From: Chiloscyllium plagiosum
Taxonomy: Eukaryota
DNA length: 39,163 nucleotides
Direction of reading: 5' to 3'
Assembly (NCBI RefSeq): GCF_004010195.1
Contig: NW_025214922.1
Span: 1 to 39,163 of the forward strand
A model generated the notes under the pieces. It saw only the letters and a program-made list of their open reading frames with translations. It searched no databases and had not been told where the DNA came from. Positions within the stretch are counted from its first letter, which is position 1; every line of letters starts with the position of its first letter. Both the position numbers and the translations under genes were made by a program. This document shows, piece by piece, positions 1 through 12,019 of this stretch.

Positions 1-150
1 TGCTATTCCTTCACTGTCATAGAGTCAAAATCCTGGAATTCCCTCCCTGACGGGATTTCAAATCTACCTACAGCATATGGACTACAAAAATTCAAGGCTC
101 AGCACCACTATCTTCTCAAGGCAACTAGGGATGAGCAATAAATGCTGACA
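1..150 (+). mobile_element. 3' tail fragment of a shark CR1/L2-type LINE
   Basis: The string ggactac...ttcaagg...caccac...ttctcaagg caactagggatgagcaataaatgctg recurs at ~17570-17645 (+) and reverse-complemented at ~13710-13800. Confidence 0.7.
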
Positions 151-865
151 ACAATTCTCAAGAAATAAAAACATAACTAGATCTTAAAATGTGGAATACT
201 ATTCATTTTAGCAACTTCTCCTCATCCCTGACTCTCACTCCAAAAAGGATGATACTAGAGAAACTTAAACCTTCCAACCCACCAATCTGAATTTAACAGA
301 TTATCCTCCCATTTCCAGCATGATTCCAATATCAAATGCATATGCCTTCTCTTCTCAGCATCCCAAAAGGAATTGTTTGCTGTACAAGATATTTGCAACT
401 CCCCAGTCATCCCTACTACACTCCTCCCTTCCCTACAGCATCATTTTTAGGCAAGTACAGGAGATCGAACTATATTTTTACCCGCTCTCAACACCCATGG
501 TACAAAGCATTTGCTCCAAATGAAACAGCAATTTATTTATATTTTAATTTATTAATAACATTCTTGCTTCCTTGAAGCCAGCTGCACAAGCATTCAGGTA
601 ACTCAATGTAATCGAACAGCTACTGTGTCCTAGTCTTTGAAGAATCTTCCCTACCAAGTTTTGTTTTCTCCACTTTCTAATGGCTATCATTCCAGGGAGG
701 ACAAAGAAAACCACAATAAAGCTGCTGAACTTCAAAGTGTCATCAACACTTAGTAGGGGGAGCTTGCCAGCAACTGTACAAAATAGCAGCAATTTATCCA
801 TCAACCTGCAAGGCAAATCACCTCAATAAGGGAAAGCATCAGAGAAAGGAAAAAAAAAATCTTAC

Positions 866-912
866 TCTGGATTCCGCTATCTTCCAGAAGTCTTGCCCAA
901 ATGCAAGATGAT
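866..912 (-). other. Candidate 47-nt internal exon of the minus-strand host gene
   Basis: Minus strand reads ctaattcttgacctacag|ATCATC...ATCCAGA|gtaaga: branch-like ctaat, CAG acceptor, GTAAG donor. It is phase-compatible with candidate exon 2092-2201 (joined: ...TTSVHEKSSCIWARLLEDSGIQ). No homology recognised. Confidence 0.45.
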
Positions 913-2091
913 CTGTAGGTCAAGAATTAGCCAGTTCAGTCAAGTTAAATTTGACAGCAGAACAAGTGACTTTGAACAAACATCACACTCAAATGGAAGG
1001 ACAATTGATGATGACTACAAAAGTTGAAGTCCATTGAATTCAAAGCTCCACATTAAGCAACTTCAAGTACAAAATAATGCATCTCATGTGCCATAACCCA
1101 AGAACAGAGTCAGAAGTCAAGAACCCATACTTAGGCACGTTTATAAACCCTACGCTTATTTTTGGATAAAATCATGTTTGAAAATTATTAACAGATAAGC
1201 AGCAGTTGGAATGCTCATTTACAGAATTGTTATATTCTTCTAATTGCTTTTGCAGCAATATGATTCACACTTATAATACCACATACACACCATTTTAAGT
1301 TAGACAACAGCCATTTTTCTGAAAACCACTACCCTTGCCAACCACCAGGGAGAACGATCTAAGCAGATTGAAAACAAAATCTCTCATATACAAGTGAATA
1401 TGGTGAACACAATTGCTTCAAATATGTATCCTGGAACAGTAAATTGCCTCATATTATGCAGTACATGTTTTCTGATAGTTCACACTTTATTTAAATTACC
1501 TTGATGTCTTCACTGATTTTTGCTAATGCTGCTAGTACACAGTTGTCACAGAGAAATATCATTGCAGAAGGAGGTTCAACGTAGTCAAAATACCAAAATC
1601 TCTCATTACTGGTATTGATTTGATCACCTTGATGATTTTAAAAAATTTTCAAAAACAACGAATTTGTTCTGGTATTTTACTAACTTGATTACAGTATATG
1701 CTTTGATGATATTAGTAGGGTTGATTAAAATAAATGTGGTTGATGTTGTGCATATGGTTTTCCAAACAAGTGTTTGATAAAATGTACATAATTTAACTCT
1801 GACAACAAGCTTAACAAAACAAAATGGACAGTGGCTACTTGGAAACAATGTGGGCCGCGTTATAGGAAACATACAGTCATGCTGACCAAAGATACAGGCA
1901 GCGAATGGATTCAGTTCTAGAGTCCATTTGCAAGTTAATTCATATCCATAGAAGGCAATGTAAAGTAGCTGTTCCTAAGCACAGGAAATATTCATACATT
2001 GGGTGTTCAAAATTACAACCATGAATGGCACTGTGTTTATAAGCCAGACATTTGTAAATTGATGAACCCTTGGATTTACTGACAGCTTTAC

Positions 2092-2201
2092 TTCTCATGA
2101 ACACTGGTGGTCAACTTGGTGCAACTGAGAAACCCCATTTCAGCTGTTAGGTCCTTTTTCCAAGGTTTCATAGAAGAAATGCAACTTGCACACACCAACT
2201 T
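2092..2201 (-). other. Candidate 110-nt internal exon of the minus-strand host gene
   Basis: Minus strand reads ctttaactgtttgcag|AAGTTG...GAGAA|gtaaag. One frame is open (KLVCASCISSMKPWKKDLTAEMGFLSCTKLTTSVHE). The donor is weak. Confidence 0.35.
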
Positions 2202-3587
2202 CTGCAAACAGTTAAAGTTTATTAAAGACTGTACAAGCTGGGTGATCCCCTTTGACCCTCCTTGCAGGTGTGCCAAGTCGAGTCAAAAGGGACCCGAACA
2301 AAGAAAACACATCCCATTTATACAGATCAGTTAGTAATGCTCTCAGATAGTCTGGACACTCACCTTCCCCCCAAACCCATAACCACGTTACCCCCAGGTA
2401 CAATGGTAGGGATGAGATCATTCTGAGAGATAACGTAAATGCCCTAATTGTTATGCAGACGGTTTCCTGACTCAGTGTTTCTTCAAGACAATGTAGGTGC
2501 GATCTGTCCTAGCTTCAGGGGATGGCTATGAAAGCATTTCTGAATGGAAGGGAATGAGAGTTCAATTTGGTAATAGCAGGAGTGGTGGTGGTAAATGGCT
2601 ACACAATGAAGTTTGAGTCATCCACATTCTTGCATGAATGTTACCCCCACCCAAAGACAATACAGTTTAACCCTTTAACGTTACATTAATGTCCAGATAG
2701 TACAATTTAATCTTTCAAAATTACATAGCATGCCAGTCTTTGCTCCATTTGCTGTTACTCAAGTCAGTGGGCTGAGAAAATATTGTATTCATCTACTTCA
2801 GATTTCTGAGCTCTCCCTGTAGCCATGAGTTTCTCCTTTTCCAATTCTTCTTCATCAGTCAACGTCTGGAGTTCACAGAAAGCAGTGATTGTTTCCCAGT
2901 TTTCTTCATCACAGTCCTCTAATTTACAAAGAACCTTGCATGGGAGTTAAGAACATTCAGAAGGTCATGCCTTAATGGGCTTTGAGCATACAGCTTTCAT
3001 CCATCTGATGCATGCAGATGGATAAACATAGATAGTTCCAATAGGTATCACCTTGTGTTAATGAATTGCCTTAAAGTTTGTGATTTTATCCTGCCAACAG
3101 ATGCTGAGACAAAAGGTGGAAACTGTTTGGCCTTTTCTCCTAATGAGCATTTGTTGCATTTCTTGTACAACTGTAGGTGTGCAGTGAGTAAGACTGGTAA
3201 ATTCACATTTTGGTGTTGTAAAATCAGGTTGCTTATTCCACCTACACTTATTCAGCTTGGAAAAAAAGAGCCGCATTTTGCAATAAGTGTGCTTGCTTTA
3301 GCACCAAGTGAAAGATCGCTGACAATTTGAAACTTAGATATGTAATGGTCTCAAAATCACAGTCAGTATCACAATGGAATCCTTCTGGACCACATCTGTC
3401 TTCCCCATGCGGAGGGTTAAACTAAGCTCTCAAGCACCAATGAGTCTGTCCATATATCACTGAAGGGTGATTTTCCTATAGAATGGAAGTATGGCACCAG
3501 TGCAGAATAACTCTCAGATAAGGATTTGGCATATTTGTGTTATGGATCATAGGCAGACAAAGGTGAACAGTATTCTGTCACTTCTAA

Positions 3588-4346
3588 TGTTATGATCCCA
3601 AACCAACAAACGTATGTTATGTTCACAGATGAGATAATCAAATAATCGTTACATTTGGTTAGGGACCAGTAACCTATTATTTAAGCAGATAAAAATGGAG
3701 ATCAAGGGAGATTAAGAGAATAAAGGCTCAAGATTCCACAACGTTGAACAATCATATCTTCCTCTGCAACACGAGAACAGTAATATATGTCCAGCATGTC
3801 TCCCACACCCAGAAATAACATAGTTAAGCATGGGCAAAACATAAAATGTGCATCAAATAGCAAATGGGATCAAGACAAATCCAATAGACCTCAGGTGTTA
3901 ATGACATGGTAGATTATCAAATCTCATTAAACTTCATCTTTGCCAATCTAGCATTGATATTTGATCTCAGGGCCATTAATCATAGACAGTCTCAACTGAT
4001 GTGGTTAATCACCTCCTGCCACAGGGTTCACACTTAGCTACACTTAAACTGCAATTCAGTGCCCATTCACAAGCATAACTCAAACTTTTCACCAACAGCT
4101 AGCTTCACTGAGTCAGTCCTACCCAGAATTATCCTGAATGTCCTCCTGAAAAATCTAGCACAAAAAACTTTGTTATTGTTGGGCAGAACTGAAGCTGTCA
4201 ACGAGCAACTTTGGAACTTAGCGTGCTGTAAATGATGCATTTCACAGTGAATGCTGACTTGCTCGTTTTACACACTTAAAAAAAAGGATATGACGAGAGG
4301 ATTTCATCACAAATGAGCAAGTAAATAAACAATCTCTGTTGATGAC
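3588..4346. mobile_element. Possible old solo LTR
   Basis: Begins TGTTATGATCCC and may end ...GATGACA. Flanks ctaa/ttaa resemble a degraded 4-bp TSD. No PBS or internal sequence is seen and the boundaries are uncertain. Confidence 0.25.
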
Positions 4347-4419
4347 ATTAAGGTGTATGACACCAGCAATAAAGACAAAATGCCAAGATCACTATGCCAG
4401 AGTGCAACACTGTTTAACT

Positions 4420-7400
4420 TCAATAGGATTAAACTGGTGCCAAGTTCTAATGAGGGAAGTAGGAAAAGGTTAGGAGAGATAAATCAATGACTGAAGTGGT
4501 GCCAATGTGCAGGGATTCAGTATCTTGGATTATTGGGATATTTGCTGGGACAGAAGAGAACTGTTCAAAGAGATGGGTTTCACCTGAACTGGAAAGGGAC
4601 CATTATCCTGGCAAGGATATTTGCTAGTTCTATTTCAGGAACCTGTAAATTTTTAGAGAGGGGTGGTCGGGTAGTAATAATGAAAATAGAAAGATAAGGA
4701 TGGTTCTGAATCAGGAAAACAGCAAGTTCATTAGAAAAGACAGACAAGAGCAAGTCAAGGAACAAAGTGTCGCTGAAGAAATAAACTGCATTTATTTCCA
4801 TACAGGGGTCTTCCTGGTAAGGTTGATGAACTCAGGGCATGTATGCGAACACAGGACTGGGATGTCGTAGATATTACAGAAATTTGGCTGAGGAAACGAT
4901 ACGACTTGCAGCTCAATGTTTTATGTTTTAGACATTATAGGAAGGATAGAAAGACAGACAGGACAGGTCAGGAGGATGGCATTTTTGATTAAGGAAAATA
5001 TTACTACTGTAATTTGAGAAGATATTTCTGAGGGATCATTTAGTGAAAATACATGGGTTGAAATTAGAAATAAGAAAGGGATAAATCACCTTGATGAGAT
5101 TGTACTATAGGCCCTCAAATAGCCAGATGGAAATTGAGAAGCAAACATGTAGAGAGATCTCAAAATATGTAAGAATAACAAGACTATAATAGCAGGGGAT
5201 TTTAATTTTCCAAACGCTGACTGGGACTGCCACAGTGTTAAAGGTTTGGATGGTGAAGAATTTGTTAAATGTGTTCACGAAAATTCTCTCACAACATGTA
5301 AATGTTCCTACTAGAGAAGGAGCAAAACCTGACCTTCTCTTAGGAAATAAGGCTTCGCAAATGACTGAAATATTAGTAGGGGAACACTTAGGGACAATTG
5401 GTCATAATACAATTAGTTTTAAAATAGTTATGAAAAAGGATGTCTTCCAAAATTAAAGTTCTTAACTGGAGTAAGGCAAATTTTAAGGGTATAAAACACA
5501 ACTTTCAAAAGATCATTGGAATAGACTGTTCACAAGTAAAGGGATGAGTGACAAGTGGGAGGCCTCCAAAAGTGTGATAACAAAAGTTCAGAGGCATTTT
5601 ATTCCTGTTTGAGTTAAAGACAAGGCTGGTAAGATTAGGTAACAATGGATGAATAAAGATATTGAGGTTCTAGTCAAGAATAAATAGAATAATCTATTAG
5701 ATATAGACAACTGGAATCACCGGAATTCTTTGAAAAATAAAAAGCGCGCACGGGCATTCTTAAGAAAGAAATCAGGACAACAAAGATGGGATAGGAATTT
5801 GCCTTCGCAGATAAGGTTAAGATAATCCAAAAAGATTGCACAAATACGTTAAAAACAAAACAGCAATTAGACAGAGTAGAACATCTTTAAAGATCAATGA
5901 GGTAGCCTCTGTGTTGAGCATCAGAAGGTGGCAGAGACATTAAATGAATATTTCACATCAGTTTTTACTGTGGAGAAAGGAGGCTACAGAACTCAGAAAT
6001 AAATATTAATCTTTTGAAAACAGCTCACATTACAGAAGAGGAAATGCTGGATGTCTTAGAAAGCATAAAAGTAAAACAAAATATCTCTAGGGGCTGATCA
6101 GGAATATCCCAGGATATGGAGGGAAGTTAGGAAGGAAATTGTGGTGCCCCGAGCAGAAATATTTGTATCATCTATAAACATGGGTGAAGTATTGGAGGAT
6201 GGATAACACCATTGTTTAATAAAGGCCATTAGGAGAAGCTTGGAAACAATAGACCTGTGTGCCTGATATCAGTGGTGGGTAAATTGTTGGAGGTGATTCT
6301 GAAATTTGGAGAGAGCAGGAATGAACACAGATAGTCAGCATGGTTTTATACGATGGGAAATCGTGTCTCACAAACTCGATTTGAGTGTTTTAATGGAGTA
6401 ACCAAAATGATTCGGGGGGGGCACAGAACGGTACATATCAAGTCTTTGACAAGGTTCCACACGGTAGACTAATTAGCAGAGTTAGATCACATGGGATTCA
6501 GGTGAGCTTGTCAAATGAATACAAAATTGGCTCGATGATAGGAGGCAGATTGTTTTTTTGGACTGGAGGCCTTTGACCAGCGGTGTTCCACAGGGTTCAA
6601 TACTGGGTCAACTTCTGTTTGCCGTTTATATAAACATGATTTACATGAGACTATAGGAAACATGGTTACTAAGTCAGCAGGTGACACCAGAATTGGTGAT
6701 GTAGTGGATAGTGAAGGAGGTTATCTAAAATTACCAAAAGATCTGGATCAATTGGGTCAATGCACTAAGAAGTGGCAGATGGAGTTTAATTTGGATAAAT
6801 GCAAGGTATTGTATTTTGGTAAAATAAGGGCAGGACTTGTACAATTAATGGTACGGCCCTGGTTAAGTATTGTAGAACTTAAAAAGACCAAGGAGTTCAG
6901 GTACATAATTCATTCAAATTTGCACAGGTAGACAGGGTAGCTAAGGTGTTTGGCATACTTGCCTCCCTTGCTCAAGACCTTTGAGTATAGGCGGTGCGCA
7001 TCTTTTTGATGTTGTACAGGAGGTTGGTGAGAGCTCTTCTGGAGTGCTGTATGTAGTTCTTCTTGCCCTGTGAAAAGAAGGGGGCTCAGAAAAGATTTAC
7101 TAGGATGTTGCCAGGAAGGGAGGGTTTCAGGTATAAAAACAGACTGGAAAACTTTTTTTTTCCCCCCACTGGAGCTTTGGAGGTTATGGGGTGACCTTAT
7201 TGAGGTTTATAAAATAATCAAGGGCATAGATAAGGTGAATGACAAGGATCTTTTCTCTAACGTTCAGGAGTTTGAAACTAGGAGACATATTTTTAAGGTG
7301 AGAAGAAAAAAAATTTAAAAAAGGACACGGGGCAAATTTTTGACTTATACAGAGTGGTTTGTGTATGGAGTGAACTGCCAGAGGAAGTGGTGGATGCAGG

Positions 7401-7562
7401 TACAGTTACAACACTTAAAAGACATTTGGAGAAGTTCATGAATAGGAAAGGTTGGGAGGGATAAGCCAAGCGCAGGCAGGTGGGACTAGTTTAGTTTGGG
7501 AACATGGTTGACGTAGAACTGGTTGGAAGAAAAGATGTATTTCCATGCTGTATGACTCTATG
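4420..7562 (+). mobile_element. Degraded near-complete CR1 LINE (end of ORF1 esterase, ORF2 endonuclease-RT, 3' tail)
   Basis: ORF1 end DGFHLNWKGTIILA at ~4570. Endonuclease remnants (ITEIWL, YYRP, GDFNFP, PTREGAKPDLLLGN). RT remnants (SGVPQGSILG, WQMEFNLDKCKVLYFG, GDLIEVYKII). Ends ...ccatgctgtatgactctatg. Many stops and frameshifts. Confidence 0.92.
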
Positions 7563-7758
7563 GCAACGGATGCATTACTCAAAGGCTCTGTACTGTAATG
7601 GACATTTAACAGGTAATTTCCTTGGCATCTACGGATGACTGAAGGTGCATGAATATATGCTTCCTTTCTGATCATCTGCGTATCCTGTCGGAATCACTGA
7701 AAAACAACTCACTTGGAATTGATTATTGCTTTGAAATCACCATAAACCCTTTAATACT

Positions 7759-8248
7759 ACCCTCCACCACCACCACCCTGTCTTCTAGCCAATTCTGTAT
7801 CCAAATGGCTAGTTCTTCCTGTATTCCGTGAGATCTAACCTTGCTAATCAATTTTCCATGGGGAACTTTGTCGAACGCCTTATTGAAATCCATATAGATC
7901 ACATCTACCGCTCTGCCCTCATCGTTACTTCTTCAACAAACTCAATCAAGTTTGTGAGACATGATTTCCCATGCACAAAACCATGTTGACTATCCCTAAT
8001 CAGTCCTTGCCTTTCCAAATACATTTACATCCTGTCCCTTAGGATTCCCTCCAACAACTTGCCCACCACCGATGTCAGGCTCACCGGTCTATAGTTCCCT
8101 GGCTTGTCCTTACCACCCTTCTTAAACAGTGGCACCACGTTTGCCAACCTCCAGTCTTCCAGCACCTCACCTGTGACTATCGATGATACAAATATCTCAG
8201 CAAGAGGCCCAGCAATCACTTCTCTAGCTTCCCACAGAGTTCGAGGGT
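7759..8248 (-). mobile_element. CR1 LINE ORF2 fragment
   Basis: Translates as PRTLWEAREVIAGPLAEIF...DWRLANVVPLFKKGGKDKPGNYRPVSLTSVVGKLLEGILRD. Closely matches ~37240-37745. Confidence 0.93.
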
Positions 8249-8534
8249 GATCAAATTTAAAAAGTGTGATATTAAACAAAATAATAAACTCAGTTTTCTG
8301 TTATTGAGTGTTCTGGGTCCACATGCAAACATGTTTGCTGCACTGCACTCCCATACCCAAACATAGGCTTTTGCATAGGCTTTTCACAAATTGTCTCCAA
8401 GCATACATTCATTCAAAAGCACATCCAGATTATTGGTGCCAGATAAATTTTACCGGGAAAAGTGGATCATTTCAAACCTTGAACCTCCATCTTGCACATT
8501 ACTGCTTCTGACTCAGGCTTGGGTAATACCAGAA

Positions 8535-8591
8535 TGTGGTGCAGTGGTAGAGTCCCTACCTCTGAGCTGAGAACCCAGGTTCAAGTGCCAG
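8535..8591 (+). mobile_element. tRNA-derived SINE head
   Basis: Pol III A-box-like gtggtgcagtggt and B-box-like ggttcaagtgc. A related copy lies at 12501-12610. Confidence 0.55.
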
Positions 8592-9227
8592 TGAGAGAGC
8601 CACTGCAATGGAGATTTAACTGCAGATCTGAAACCAGAAGCAAAAGCACGAGACCAATCAAGCCAGAGGGGAAGGTGGACCAGGAAAGGGAAGGGTCAAG
8701 CACGAGATTGAATCACTGAACAAGTAACAGGGTGAAATCATGACAGCGGGCGCAAAAAAGCGAGAGAAAGATAGACTGAGACAGATCAAACAAAGCTAAC
8801 GATGAAGTAGATAATCTGAAACCAAGGAAAGTTGAAATCACCAAGATAACTAATTACTTCCAAATAAATGTTACTTCTCTAGCTTAAGGACGCATATACT
8901 CAGGAGTTGCTCTATGTGAATTGTAGTGATGCTTTTGTAACAAACATTATCAAATGTTAAATTTTCATGAGCTATTTATAACAAACGGGTACTAACTACC
9001 TGTTTGAGATACTCCAACTTCGTAAATATCCAACAGAAATGCATTCAGTCTGACCTCACTTATCTTCAGAAATGGGGCGGTTGGGGTTAAGGGCTGCTCC
9101 CTTTGGGATCATCTACACATAACCAACTAATTCTATTTCTCCATCATCAGTCTTGACCTCTTCTGTGGATCAGCCACAATTCAACTAAATTGAACTCATA
9201 TATGACATTGTAACAAGACTTCCTTGA

Positions 9228-9360
9228 AATTACTACAGTGTGTAAGCAGGCTATTCAGCTCATCGAGTCTACACTGACCCTCTGAACAGTATCCCATCCA
9301 TACCCACCCTCTTACCCCATCCTCAAAATCTGCATTTCCCATTGCTTATCCACCCAACTG
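9228..9360 (-). mobile_element. HE1-type V-SINE, 3' part (split by the ERV)
   Basis: agcaggctattcagctcatcgagtctacactgaccctctgaacag...ctgcatttcccattgcttatccacccaactg is the HE1 tail and continues at ~12238. Confidence 0.75.
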
Positions 9361-9773
9361 TGTTAGGTTCCCTTCTTGAGATTCATACATGCTTGATGAA
9401 ACTGCTATCCGCCAACTTCTGTGAACAGCCACAATTTATTTAAGTACAAGCTTTTGGCAGATCACTTAACACTTAGTGATGCTTGCAGAGCGTGTCAAGC
9501 GAGGCTCCATGAAGAACAGATCCGTCCTCCCTTTGTACAGGGTTTTACATCACAGTTAGTTATGCACGGAAAACAATCTTCTGCCACTCCCGCATAGTCA
9601 CATGCCACCCAAAAACAGAACGCGCGATCAGGTTAGTCCTTAAAACAGAGCGAGATTAGGTTATTCCTTAAAACAGTGTGATTAGATTGTCACATCCTGC
9701 CTGCAAGACAGGACAATACACCCCAGGACATCCAATTTCTTACATCTCAGCCAAACAGATTAACCCTTTAACA
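9361..9773 (-). repeat. ERV 3' LTR (~413 bp)
   Basis: Minus strand starts TGTTAAAGGG and ends CCTAACA (TGTTA/TAACA inverted termini). AATAAA at 9435-9440, TATA-like TGTAAAA at ~9543-9549, ~28-bp tandem U3 repeats at 9612-9691. A PPT is directly adjacent. Confidence 0.85.
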
Positions 9774-9790
9774 TCTCTTTCCCTCTTTTT
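9774..9790 (-). other. Polypurine tract
   Basis: Minus strand AAAAAGAGGGAAAGAGA abuts the LTR's TG. Confidence 0.85.
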
Positions 9791-9791
9791 A

Positions 9792-10150
9792 TCATTCCAT
9801 GATAACTAAATGGGCTGAAGAAGGCACTACCAGCTTATTCATAAGAATCTGACAGCCAGTATTTAAGCAGGTTATTGACACACAACATAGAATGATTATA
9901 ACAACAAGAATTACTAGTCCATGCATTTGATAGGATCCCCAGGATCCTCCCATGTGGAAAGTGTTCACCAGTAAAGTTCTTAAATCCACAGTCCTTCGTG
10001 ATCATTCCACCACCTCCAAGTTGAGTGGAAACAAGCCAGTTAACCAAAATCTCCTTCAGTAAAGTCCAACCTGAAAGCAAAATCCAGTCTGTCCTTGCAC
10101 ATCACTCTACGGCGAAATCTGAATTCTTGAATAAGGGCAGTTAAACACTG
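9792..10150 (-). pseudogene. env: ERV env transmembrane-subunit C-terminal remnant
   Basis: Frameshifted pieces: DQCLTALIQ (resembles the end of the CX6CC loop), Trp/Gly-rich membrane-proximal text, hydrophobic GLVILVVIIILCCVSITCL, then a short tail ending just before the PPT. Confidence 0.65.
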
Positions 10151-10670
10151 GTCAAGACTTCCACCTTTGCAGAGATACTTCAGATGGAGGATACCAGCGC
10201 ATCTGAGTGTGAAGTGCAGCAATTGCAGCAGGGTGGGTGAACGCAGTATATGGAGTGGCAGGGGTCAGTTCTGTTGTGTACAGTGGATAGGGAGCCCAGG
10301 CCTCTTAAGGTACAGGGATCAGTGCTGTTCCTGCAAGGTCGCAGGGATCCTGTGCAATAAAGTGTGCTCCCAAGGCAGTGTGCATATTTGTGGGGTTAGC
10401 TGTAGCCAGTTTTTGGCCATCGTGTTCACCTTTGCAAATTCCAACCGGAGACTCTGAGAATTTTCGGGATCAAATCAAACGCTGTTTAATGCATTCTTTG
10501 CTGCTTCTACTTCCACTCTGCTACCAGATGTAACAAAGCCAACTGGCTTTTTTGAGGTTAGCTCGATCAGTGAATCTTCATATCCCTTAAAATGGTCCAA
10601 AGAGAAGGTAAAGCTTACATTGTTTAAATGTCCATGGAAGGCTACTGACAAAAAGTGTACGGACCTCTTC
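10150..10670 (-). pseudogene. RBPMS2: Intronless RBPMS2 retrocopy (RRM RNA-binding protein), disabled
   Basis: Hand translation across frameshifts: [129 protein letters not shown]...[39 protein letters not shown] and [12 protein letters not shown] favour RBPMS2 over RBPMS. Stops at 10475-77, 10305-07 and 10152-54. Confidence 0.95.
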
Positions 10671-10671
10671 T

Positions 10672-12019
10672 TTAGTTGATAGCTTCTTGACTTTCGTGCT
10701 CATGACCAGGAAGCTGAATCAATCCGTTGTGTCCACCTACTTGGGGCAGGCGGTGATAGGGCTGGGAGAGCAGAAGGGGTTGCCAGAATGGGTGCGATAC
10801 ATTCCGGGGTCAATCATGTATCAGAAGTGCTCAGCAAGGTTCCCAGGAATGTGACTTGGCACTGTATGGGCAATTGGTAACTTTCCAGGGGATTGGGTAA
10901 GTGGAGTGGGCCTTGGATCAGGTTGTGGAGGGGCAAGCAGTGATCCGAAGGTGTGCTTTATCCGTGAATGAAAAAACTTTAGAGACGACGTTAGCTGCTG
11001 AAAGTATCTTTGCACTTCCTTGTTTTTTCCCTCCTTGCCAAGGTGAGTATCAGTATGAAGACAGTCAATAAGCATTAATAACAAATCATCAGGTATACTT
11101 GGTCAACTGGAGTGATCCAGAGGCCTTTTGACGCAGAGTGCGAACACCAATGAGTCTTCCATATTTGTTTTTCTGGGTCAGGGCGTCCCCCTGTAAATGC
11201 TGCATAGTGACCATGTCTAGTATTCCTGTTGTTTTCGAGGCAGGTGATCGATTTAGCGCCTGCCAGTTCATAGAGGACAATAGAATTGCGAGCTGTTGCC
11301 GCATCTTTGGCAGCTCAATCAGCTCTGGCATTACCATTGCTGATGTCTGTATTGTTCATTACACTGGCAGCACATTTGATTATGGCCAATTACTTCGGGA
11401 GGAGGATGACTTTGAGGAGATTTTGGACATGTAGTGAGTTCTCAATATGTGTCCTTGAGGAGGTCAGGAATCCACATTGTGACCACAGATGGTCATAGGT
11501 GTCATTATTTTGAAACATTATTGGCAGACCAGACATGTCAGGAGGTACCTCCATTTTATTCCCAGTTGATATCCAGCCTGGCATTTCAACCCTGATTCCT
11601 TATTTTGTCTCTCCTTTCTCAATTTTTCCTGTTTTTCTCTATCATCATAATCCCCACAATGACTCTTCAGCACCTCCCAAGACTTAGCTTCCCTCAATGT
11701 CGCGCACACTAATCTCTCTTTGACATGTGTTATTCTCCCAGCTGGTCTGTTTATATTTATTCGTTATTTTCTCAGCAGTCTTTCTCCACACAGATATTAA
11801 AGTTTTCCATTTAGTCCCTGTATTACGTGCCCAAATTGCCTCCTCGGCTTTTAAACATTTATCTATGTCCCAAGTTCCACCTATCGACCAAATTTCATTT
11901 CCCAATTTTATATTTAAAAATACTGACAAGACTCTGAACCATTCTTCAACTTGGGGGTCATCCCAGCATAACCGATGCAAAGGGGTTCCAACACCCGACT
12001 TATCCAACATCTGCCCCAT
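10672..12019 (-). pseudogene. gag: ERV gag (frameshifted)
   Basis: ATG at 12019 gives MGQMLDK (myristoylation-type start), matrix-like W..GGTWD, charged coiled-coil EKQEKLRKERQ, a Pro-rich tract, and knuckle relic CPYSAKSHSWEPC at 10872-10834. The knuckle frame ends at TAA 10672-10674. Confidence 0.7.

Noticed and set aside
8535..8591. tRNA gene
   Set aside because: A and B boxes are present but there is no full cloverleaf. A related copy at 12501 indicates a SINE head.
9612..9691. CRISPR-like repeat array
   Set aside because: The context is eukaryotic, and the repeats are tandem without unique spacers and lie inside an LTR.
10150..10670. Functional RBPMS2 gene
   Set aside because: It is intronless, has three in-frame stops and several frameshifts, and sits inside an ERV.
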